Positions 1 through 8,102 of a stretch of DNA of 13,936 nt are shown here, piece after piece. A program made the position numbers and the translations under genes. Every line of letters starts with the position of its first letter. Position 1 is the stretch's first letter. Where the stretch lies: contig CAVPLM010000002.1 of assembly GCA_963706025.1 (NCBI GenBank), positions 1 through 13,936 on the forward strand, read 5' to 3'. Below the pieces are notes generated by a model. The model was not told the origin of the DNA and did not search any database. It worked only from the letters and a program-made list of their open reading frames with translations. The stretch comes from an uncultured Actinomycetes bacterium. Lineage in GTDB: Bacteria > Actinomycetota > Thermoleophilia > RBG-16-64-13.

Positions 1-697
1 GGACTGGTAGTTCACCCGCACCGCGTCGGGCCTGAACACGGCGCCGGTCTCGTCCGCCGCTTCAAGATCGCTCCAGCGCACCGAGACCGAGGGGGCATCG
101 CAGTCGGCGAACACCTCCGACCAGACGATGGGGCGGACAAGATATCCGGCTTTGCCGCCGGCATCGACAAAGAGGTCGCGAACGACCGACGACCGCCCTG
201 CGGATACGTCGGTCACTTCCGCGCGCCACGCCCCTTGCCGGTCAGGAGAGCGGAAGATCCGAAGACGATAGGGCCGGCCTTGCTTCCAGGGGTATCCGAG
301 CGTGTTGGGATCGTCGGGGAAGCCGGGCAGATCGGACACGGAGCCAGAGAGATCCCGCCCTCGTCCTCTTGCGACGCATATCCACCCCAATTCACGGCGG
401 TGTAGCCAGGGTAGCGCCGATTCCACTGCAGGCCGGTGTGAGCGCCCCCGCGGAAGCGGTCCCCTGCCAGAAAGTCGACCTGCAGGGCCCAGAAGTCGAG
501 GGCCGGCACTTGCGGTGGAACCACGATCTCGAGCACAGCCGATACCTCGACCAGCCGTGCCGACCGCGCCGCCGCGGGCAGCTCCCAGACGAGATGGAAC
601 GAGGAGGCCCCGTTCGGCGAGCGGGGCGGGCCCGCTTCGCGCGGCCCGCCGCCACCATGGCCGCGAGACTGCGCAGTGCATCTGTCCATCTCGACAT
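1..697 (-). CDS. Hypothetical protein, truncated at the left window edge, two apparent frameshifts
   Basis: AAGAGG then ATG at 697 (MSRWTDALRSLAAMVAAG). A shift near 645 leads into GPPRSPNGASSFHLVWEL...FWALQVDF...GGAHTGLQWN...AVNWGGY. A second shift near 350 (ATCTCTCT) leads into SGSVSDLPGFPDDPNTLGYPWKQGRPYRLRI...PIVWSEVFADCD...VRVNYQS, open to base 1. Aromatic-rich, beta-strand-like composition. Confidence 0.7.
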
Positions 698-868
698 GGG
701 CGCCTCTTGATAGGATCGGAGGGCGAATCGCGTCGACCCGCGCCTCACCGCGGATCGCCACATTCCTACCCCGACGAAGATACCGCAAACGCACCCGGCG
801 GACGTCGCGAAGACGATGCTAGGATGGGCGGGGCCGGTGGCATCCGGGCATGCCGCGCGCCGGTCTCA

Positions 869-921
869 CGGCCGCGCCGGTTCAGCCGGTCGTACCGGTC
901 GGCCGCACCGGTTTAGCCGGT
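869..921. repeat. Two-copy 22-bp direct repeat (period 31) within a CCGGT-rich intergenic tract
   Basis: CGGCCGCGCCGGTTCAGCCGGT (869-890) vs CGGCCGCACCGGTTTAGCCGGT (900-921), 20/22 identical. CCGGT starts at 834, 860, 877, 886, 895, 908, 917 and 934. Confidence 0.75.
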
Positions 922-979
922 TGAAATTTCTCACCGGTCTCATCAGTCGCGCGGGTCCTATGTTCGACGGGAGGTACAG

Positions 980-2449
980 ATGGGCGCTACGCGCAGGTTC
1001 ACCATCCTGCATTCCAACGACATGCACGGGGACTTCCTGGCCGAGCAGGAGGCGGGCGGGGGAGAGCTCATCGGCGGCCTGCCCTTGCTCTCCGGCTACA
1101 TCAACAAGGTGCGCGCCGAGGAGGAGAACGTCCTCTACGTGATCTCGGGCGACATGGTGCAGGGGTCGATCATCGACTCCGACTTCAAGGGCACCTCCAC
1201 CATGCAGATCATGAACTACCTGGCCCCCGACGTGGTGGCTCTGGGCAACCATGAGGTGGACTACGGCCTGCCGCACCTGCTGTTCCTGGAGAAGATCGCC
1301 AACTTCCCCATCGTCAACGCCAACCTCTACATCAAGCCCTTCGAGAAGCGCATGATGCGCCCCTATCACATCATCTAGAAGGCCGGCTTCGACATCCTCT
1401 TCACCGGCATCCTCACCGAGAAGGTCATGGACTCCCTCAAGCTGGACGAGCTCATCGGCACCTTCGTCACCCTGGAGGAGGCCGGCGCGGAGGTGGGCAA
1501 GATCTGCGACGCCTTCAAGAACGACGACATCGACCTGACCATCGTGCTGACCCACATCGGGTTCGAGTCGGACAAGGAGCTGGCCGCCATGCTCCGGCCG
1601 GAATGGGGCGTGGACATGATCATCGGCGGGCACAGCCACACGCTGCTTGACGAGCCCGAGGAGGTCAACGGCATCCTCATCGCCCAGGCCGGCACCGGCA
1701 CCAACCAGATCGGCCGCTTCGACATCGTGGTGGACGACGACACCAACTCCATCGTCGAGTGGAAGTGGCAGCTCATCCCCATCGACGAGCACATCGCCGA
1801 GCCCGACCTGCGCATGGCCGAGTTCATCGAGTCGTTCAAGTCGGTGGTGGACCGCAAGTACGGCGTGGTCATCACCAAGTTCGCCGAGACCCTCACCCAT
1901 CCCCGGCGGGAGGAGGAGACCACGCTGGGCAACCTGCTGGCCGACGCGCTGGCCGAGGGCACGCAGAGCGACGTGGTGCTGCTGGGGGCCGGCTCGGTGC
2001 GGGTCAAGGAGATGGGGCCGGCGGTGACCCTCATGGACTTCATCTCCTGCTTCCCCTACGACGACTCCCTCACCCGCTTCACGGTCACCGGCGCGGCGCT
2101 CAAGCGGGCGTTCGCTCACTGGATGCGTCCCGAGAACCGGGACGGCGAAGGGGAGTGCTATCAGGTCAACTCGGCCGTGCGGGCAGGGTACTCCAATGCG
2201 AGCGCCGGACTGGTATCGCTCGCGGTGAACGGCATCCCGGTGGAGGATGGGCGCACCTACACGCTCATCCTGCAGGGCTACCACGCCAAGAACGCCAAGC
2301 CCTATCTGGACCTGGCGCCGGAGGAGCTCACGGCTGCCGGGCCGAGCAAGGTGGCGGCTACCTCAGCCCAGACCGTGCTGAGAGAGTGGCTGATTGCGCA
2401 CCAGAACGTGAGCCGCAAGGTCGAGGGACGCCTGGTCTACCAGGATTGA
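980..2449 (+). CDS. Bifunctional metallophosphatase/5'-nucleotidase (UshA/CpdB-like), no signal peptide, in-frame TAG at 1376-1378
   Basis: GGAGG RBS at 970-974. Calcineurin-like motifs HSNDMHG, SGDMVQG, LGNHEVDYG, LTHIG and IIGGHSH. C-terminal 5'-nucleotidase domain (ETTLGNLLADA, FPYDD, VEGRL). ORFs 980..1378 and 1427..2449 are in the same frame, joined by sense-like codons (KAGFDILFTGILTEKV). Confidence 0.9.
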
Positions 2450-2474
2450 GGCCGTCCGCACGCTTGAGGCCCCG

Positions 2475-3277
2475 TCAGACGGATGGCGCCCCTTCCGGCT
2501 CGTCCAGCGAGTCGAGAAGATCGCCCAGGCAGCGTTTGAGGAAGAACTCGAGCGCCGCGAAGGAGCGATCCAGATCGAAGCCCTGTGGTTTAAAAGCGGC
2601 CTGCAGAGCGAGCCCGTCCACCACGGCGACCATGAGGGACACGAAGCCTATGTAACGTTCCCGGTTCTCCGGCGCACCCGGTCGGCCAGACCCAGCCACT
2701 CGACGTTCATCTTGTAGTACCACTCATAGAGAGCGGCTACCCGCTGCCGCAGCCGCTCGTCACGTATGACGTAGGGCAGCAGGTCGAAGAACACCAGAAA
2801 GCCGTCCTCGTCGGCGGCAAGCCGGGTCTGGCCCCCGATGTACCGCTGCAGCCGCTCGTCTCCGGTAGTCCCGCGAGTATGCTCCGCAAGAGCGAGACAA
2901 TCGGCATAGTCGAGGGAGTCGAGGATAGCCAGGATGAGTCCGTCTTTGTTGCCGAAGTAGTACTTGATCGAGGCCTTGTTCTTGCCCGCCTCGGCCGCTA
3001 TAGCATCCAGTCGAAGAGCGTCGAACCCTCCGGCGAGCAACAGGCGTCGAGCCGCCTCCAGCAGCTTCTGGGCCGTCTCGGGCAGAGAAAGCGCGGGGTC
3101 CTCTACCGGAAACCCGAGTAGCTCCTGCATATCGGCGGCCGCCGTGCGGGGCGTCGGCCGCGAGGGGGAGCGAGGCGGGGGCCGTGGGCGCCACGGGAAC
3201 GGACGCGGCTCGGCGGGGCCGCAGTTGCGATGGCGGGCGCGGTTCCAATCGGGTGGCTCCGGCGGCGAAGGCGTCAC
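2475..3277 (-). CDS. TetR/AcrR family transcriptional regulator (frameshift near 2674; start is GTG 3277 or ATG 3130)
   Basis: HTH region AQKLLEAARRLLLAGGFDALRLDAIAAEAGKNKASIKYYFGNKDGL. The C-terminal domain continues in ORF 2475..2723 (VAVVDGLALQ). GGGGGAG RBS lies upstream of the in-frame GTG at 3277, followed by a Pro/Ala-rich leader. Confidence 0.88.
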
Positions 3278-4351
3278 GAGATCTCCCCCATCGGGTTCCG
3301 CCGGCCGGGACATGCGCCGCCGGTGCACCCGTGTTTGAACCGAGTCGACGGCTCCCATCAGACCGCGCGGGGCCAGCATCACAAGGATCACGACGAGTGC
3401 CCCGAATATCAACATGCGCCAGCGCTCGAACTCGCGCAGCCAGTCACTCACGAAGATGATGACGAAGGCGCCGATGGCCGGTCCCGGGAACTTCCCCACT
3501 CCCCCCAGGAGGACCATGATCACCAGGTAGATGAAGACTTCGAGCCCCAGTACCCGTGGGGACACGACTCCGGTGTAGTGCGCGTAAAAGGCGCCCATCA
3601 TCCCGGTCAGCAGCCCCGATAGCCCCACTATGAGAAGGGACACCTTGTAGCGAGAGATGCCCAGGCTTTCGGCGAAAGACTCGGAATCGTGGAGGGCGAT
3701 GAAGCTCGAGCCGAAACGGGAATTGATGGCGAAGTAGCACACCACCAGGCACACGACGAACAGTCCCAGGGCGAGATAGTACCAGGGGACCTGATCCGAT
3801 CCGCTGAAAGTGTAGCCGCCGATGCTGTACGGGGTCACAGGTGAGATGCCCCGTTGCCTCCGGTCCCGATCGCTGCTCCCACAGTCAGAAGGGGCGCCAG
3901 CACTTCGTAGAACGCAAGGGTGAGAAGGGCGATGTAGATCCGGCCAACCGCAGGCAGGGCAGGCCGATAGCACGGCCATGATCCCCCGGCGCCGCGCCGG
4001 CCGGGAGGCCCCACCAGGGATTGATGCCCGCGTTCTCCGACAACATCGCCGACGTATAGCTCCCATGGCGAAGAACCCGATCTGGCCCAGATTGAAGATG
4101 CCCGCGTAGCCGAGCAAGAGATCCCAAGCTATGGCCACGCCTCCCCAGATCATGGAGACCACGAGCAGCCGCATGGTGTAGTTGCTGTCGCCAAGGGCAA
4201 GGGGCAAGAGCGCGAGGATGACTATCAGGCCCATCATCATGCCGGTCTGGCGATTAAGCCGCAGCGCCTTGGGTCGGTCGCCCGGCAGTGGCGGCTCTTT
4301 GGTTCGGTCGTCCGTCCTTTCGTCCTTCCTATCCGGCATATCGGCGGTCAT
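3274..4351 (-). CDS. livM: Branched-chain amino acid (HAAT) ABC transporter permease, LivM-like, about 5 net-compensating frameshifts at 3850-4060
   Basis: AWDLLLGYAGIFNLGQIGFFAMGA; across frames IGLPCLRLAG and IYIALLTLAFYE; then NSRFGSSFIALHDSESFAESLGI and MVLLGGVG..GPAIGA. ATG 4351 overlaps the livH stop (ATGA). The probable true stop is TGA at 3276-3274, overlapping the tetR GTG. Confidence 0.85.
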
Positions 4352-5225
4352 CCTTTCCTCGCCTTGGCCCCGAAGAGGCCGGCCGGGCGCACCAGAAGAA
4401 TCAGGAACAGGACGAGGAACCAGAACGGCATCACCCAGAGGAGACCCAGCTTCCAGCCCACGATCGCTTCAAGGATGCCCAGCATGAAGGAAGCGTAGAG
4501 AGTGCCTTTGATGCTGCCCAAGCCCCCGGCGATGACGATGATGAGAGCCTTGACCAGGAAGGTCCAGCCGCCCAACGGCGTCATGAAGAACCGCGGCGCA
4601 AGCAGGATACCCCCCGCCCCACACAGCATGGTGGAGATACCGAACGTGATCGCGAAAACGCGGTAAAGGGGGATCCCGACGATGCGGGCCCCGGTAGGAT
4701 CCTGGGCCACCGCCCGCATGCTCATGCCGGTGCGTGTCTTCGCCATGAACACGAAGAGCACGACGGCCACCACCAGGGCGAAGATGAACATCGCCAGGAG
4801 CTGCCAGCTGAGGGTGAAGCCCCCAATCTTAACGCTTCCCTCCAGAAAGGCGGGCAGGGATTTTGTGCGCGGCCCGAAGATCACGAGGATCAGGTTATCC
4901 AGGAACACGGCCAGCCCCAGGGTGGCGAGCAGCACGCTGAACTCGAACTCCGGTCGGCTGCGCAGAGGCCGGATGATCACCTGGTCGACCGCCAGCCCCA
5001 TGAGGAACATGATGGGAAGCACGATGACGAAGACGAGGAGATAGTTGAGCCGGCGTAACCGACCGCCAAGACCCAGGCCAGATACGCCCCCCAGGTGAAG
5101 AAGGAGCCGTAACTGTAGTTGAGTACTCGGCCCACCCCATAGCAGAGGGTAAACCCCACCGCCACCAGGAAATAGACGATGCCGATGGTGAACCCGGTGA
5201 TGAGTACTTCTATGAACTCTCGCAC
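4348..5225 (-). CDS. livH: HAAT ABC transporter permease, LivH-like (frameshift near 5050)
   Basis: N-terminus ITGFTIGIVYFLVAVGFTLCYGVGRVLNYSYG (ORF 4977..5225) joins KTRTGMSMRAVAQDPTGARIVGI...IAGGLGSIKG...LLVRPAGLFG (ORF 4348..5022). GGAG lies upstream of GTG 5225. Confidence 0.88.
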
Positions 5226-5250
5226 CTGCGGTCTCCGATCCCTCTCGCGC

Positions 5251-5957
5251 CTAGGTGATGCCCAGAAAGACCTTGCGCACCGCGTCGTCGCGCAGGGCCT
5301 CGTCCTTGCTGCCCGAGAACGCGATACGCCCGTCTTCGAGGAGGTAGATGAAGTCCGACTGCTCCGCGATATCGCCGGTGGTCTGCTCCACCAGGAGGAT
5401 GCTGAGGCCCCGGTCCCGCAGAGCCACGATCTGTTCGAACACTTGCGTCCGCAGGATAGGCGCCAGACCGAACGAGGGCTCGTCGATGGCCAAGAAACCC
5501 GCGTTTGACATGAGCCCCCGCCCGATGGCCAGCATCCGAGCCTCGCCGCCGCTCAGAGTAAGGGCGGTCTTCTTTGCGAACTCCTTCAGTCGAGGGAACA
5601 TACCGAAGACGAGTTCGAGATTCTCGGCTTCCTTCCCACGAGCGTTCTTGTTGTAAGCCCCCAAGCGCAGGTTCTCCATCACCGTCATTTCGGGGAACAG
5701 ATGGCGCTCCTCGGAGATGAGCACGACCCCCATCTCGACCAACTATGCGAAGGCAGACCCTGTATCTCTTGACCCTCGAAGCGCACGATCCCGCTGGCCG
5801 GCTTCATGAGGCCGCAGATAGTCTTGAGCAGGGTGCTCTTGCCGTGGCCGTTGGGTCCGAAGATCGACACCAACGTGCCGCTCTCCACACGCAGTGATAC
5901 GTCGTGGATAGCCTGGTACTCGCCGTAGAAGGTGTTGATGCTCTCTACCTCAAGCAC
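5251..5957 (-). CDS. livF: HAAT ABC transporter ATP-binding protein, LivF-like (frameshift near 5745)
   Basis: Walker A GPNGHGKS, LFPEMTVMENLRLGAY, signature LSGGE, Walker B LAIDEPSFGLAP and LLVEQ. The GTG start at 5957 overlaps the livG end. Confidence 0.9.
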
Positions 5958-6678
5958 GCTTACCCCCGACCAAGCATTCGATCACAGCGGGGTCTTCTAC
6001 CACTGCCCGGGGCTCGCCTATGCAGAGCATCTCTCCGTAGTTGAGAACCAGCATGCGATCGCACAGGCGGGTCAGCGCACTCATGAGATGCTCGATCATG
6101 ATGATGGTAAGACCCCATTCTCTGTTCAGGCGCTCGACCAGATTGAGGCTCTGCTCGGCTTCCACGGCACTCAGACCACCCAGGGCCTCGTCCAGCATCA
6201 GCAGGCGGGGCTTGGTGGCCAGGGCCGAGGCGAGCACAGTAAGCTTCTTGTCGTAGAGTTTCAGGGCGTCGATGGGACGGTCCTCCTTGCCCTCCAGTCC
6301 AACGAAGGCGACAAGCTCGCGGAGATGGGTCCAGGGGACCCGATGGAGGGCCGCCTCGCCTCTCCCGCCGTAGTACTCACCGATGCGGAGATTCTGCGCC
6401 ACCGTCATGGAACGGAAAGGCTGGACGAGCTGGAACGTGCGGGCCGCGCCCATGTGGGTGACGCGGTGGGGCGGCAGACCGTCGATACGCTTGCCATCGA
6501 GAAAGATGCGACCGGAACCGTGCAAGAAGCCCGAGATCAGATTGAAGACCGTGGTCTTCCCAGCCCCGTTCGGTCCGGCCATGCCGAAGACCTCCCCCTC
6601 CTGTACGTCGAAGGAGAGGTCGTTGACCGCGGCCAGCTCGCCGAACCGCTGGGTCACATGTTCCAAAGAGAGCAGCAC
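5950..6678 (-). CDS. livG: HAAT ABC transporter ATP-binding protein, LivG-like
   Basis: FGELAAVNDLSF, Walker A GPNGAGKTT, ARTFQ, LLMLDE and MIEH. Start placed at GTG 6678 after GAGG; the ORF-track extension to 6756 runs through an intergenic hairpin. Confidence 0.9.
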   Translation of the reverse strand: MLLSLEHVTQRFGELAAVNDLSFDVQEGEVFGMAGPNGAGKTTVFNLISGFLHGSGRIFLDGKRIDGLPPHRVTHMGAARTFQLVQPFRSMTVAQNLRIGEYYGGRGEAALHRVPWTHLRELVAFVGLEGKEDRPIDALKLYDKKLTVLASALATKPRLLMLDEALGGLSAVEAEQSLNLVERLNREWGLTIIMIEHLMSALTRLCDRMLVLNYGEMLCIGEPRAVVEDPAVIECLVGGKRA

Positions 6679-6714
6679 CTGGGTGGGTCCTCGATCCCTT
6701 CGCACCGTGTGGTC

Positions 6715-6750
6715 CGGAGCGGCGGCGGGACACGTCCCGCCGCCGCTCCG
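6715..6750 (-). terminator. Strong intercistronic stem-loop after the binding-protein gene (mRNA stabiliser or partial terminator)
   Basis: Perfect inverted repeat CGGAGCGGCGGCGGGA-cacg-TCCCGCCGCCGCTCCG (16-bp stem), 17 nt after the SBP stop. No U-tract. Confidence 0.75.
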
Positions 6751-6767
6751 TCTCATCGGTCGGGATG

Positions 6768-8086
6768 CTACTTAGCTTCCCAGGCCGGTTCGATGTACTG
6801 CGGCAGTACGAACTCGTCGGTACCGAAGAAGGCCAGCTCCCCCCGCCCATGTACTGACCGTAGGCAATGGGGAAGTCGGGGCCCGCCTGCACCGTCTGCT
6901 CCGGGTTGTTGAAGTCGTACACGCCCAGCAGACCAGTGTACGGATTGGCCCTCATGTGATCTGCGATTTCCGCGTATTTGGTGGGATCACCCACGGCTTT
7001 GACCGCCTCCACCCAGATCATCACCGAGTCGTAGGTGGACGGAGGTGTCGTCAGGGGCACCGGCATCCCGAACATCTCCTCGAAACGAGCTTTCCAGGCA
7101 TCGTTCTCGGGGCTGGGAGGTACGAAGCTCGTCACGTACCCCATGACACCCGTGAGCGATTCGCCGACGGCCTCCTGGGTCTCCGTGAAGACGACCATGT
7201 AGGAGATGTCGAGCAGCGAGGGGGTGGGGTCCTCCATGAACTGCTTCACGAACGACGAGATGTCGGCCACCGACAGCACCGAGCATACGATGGCGGCCGG
7301 CTCCAACGAACGGATCTGGGTCAGGATGGAGCCCCAGTCGGTGGTACCGTAGGGGAAGGTCTCGTTCATGACCACTTCCCAGCCGGCGGCTTCAGCTTCC
7401 GCCGCCACTGCTGCGGTGTAGTTGAGGTCCCACTCCAGGTCGCCGTGCAGGATGGCGATCTTGTTGTTGGGATAGGTGTACTGGTCTTCGAACTGGATCA
7501 TGCCCTCCCAGGCACGTTTCCCGTACTCCGCCTCGACCGGGAACACCTGGAACATGTTGCCGAAGGTCTCGGGATCGCCGCTGACCATCTCGGCAGCCCG
7601 CACCGAGCCGCTACCGTGGACGAAGGGGACGTCGCTCTGGGCGCCGAAGGCCTCGAAGTCAGGGCCGTAGCCACCGTAGCCCTCGACCACGAAGTCGACT
7701 CCTTCTTTCTCGATGAGGTAGTCCTTGGAAGCAGCTACCGTCTCGGGGAGCAATTCCTGGATGTCGAACGTCACCAGTTCCACCGGGCGGCCCAAGAGAC
7801 CGCCGGCCGCGTTGAGATCGGCCACCGCCATCTCCAGACCCATCTCCATGTGCTGCCCGTCGGCCGCATAGGCTCCGGTCAGCGGTAGTGGGGCCCCTAT
7901 CTTGATAGGCTCGCCGCTGGGCGGGGCTGCGGTGGTCTCGGTGCCTGCCGCGGTGGTCTCGGTACCGCCGGCGGTGGTGGTGGTCGCCTCTTCATCCCCT
8001 CCGCAGGCCGCCGCGAAAGCGGCGAGCGCGAGGATCACCAGGGCCGCTAGGAGCACGATCAGGATTGTGTTCTTTTCTCTTCGCAT
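6768..8086 (-). CDS. ABC transporter substrate-binding lipoprotein, type 1 periplasmic-binding fold (LivK/HAAT-like); frameshift in the C6 run at 6839-6844
   Basis: Signal peptide with lipobox (MRREKNTILIVLLAALVILALAAFAAA-C), Thr-rich linker, PIKIGAPLPLTGAYAADG, NAAGGLLGRPVELV and GTTDWGSIL. The corrected C-terminus ELAFFGTDEFVLPQYIEPAWEAK ends at TAG 6770-6768. Confidence 0.9.
7929..7987 (-). repeat. 21-bp coding tandem repeat encoding the lipoprotein linker (TTTTAGG-TETTAAG-TETTAA)
   Basis: GCGGTGGTCTCGGT at 7929 and 7950; degenerate third copy at 7971. Confidence 0.8.
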
Positions 8087-8102
8087 CTTTCTTCCCCCTG
8101 TC

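Noticed and set aside
700-715. Minus-strand CTATCAAGAG resembling the start of a SAM-I riboswitch
   Set aside because: None of the remaining SAM-I elements follow; the AAGAGG is simply the RBS of the left gene.
866-2284. 472-aa minus-strand ORF
   Set aside because: Antisense shadow of the high-GC3 nucleotidase gene; no recognisable motifs.
2446-2471. TTGAGGCC direct repeat after the nucleotidase stop (also GACGCGAT twice at 12306-12330) as target-site duplications
   Set aside because: Only about 10 bp separate the copies, with no element between them.
6377-6767. C-terminal extension of the SBP to 569 aa
   Set aside because: Caused by the frameshift in the C6 run at 6839-6844; it is Arg/Pro-rich and overlaps livG and the hairpin.
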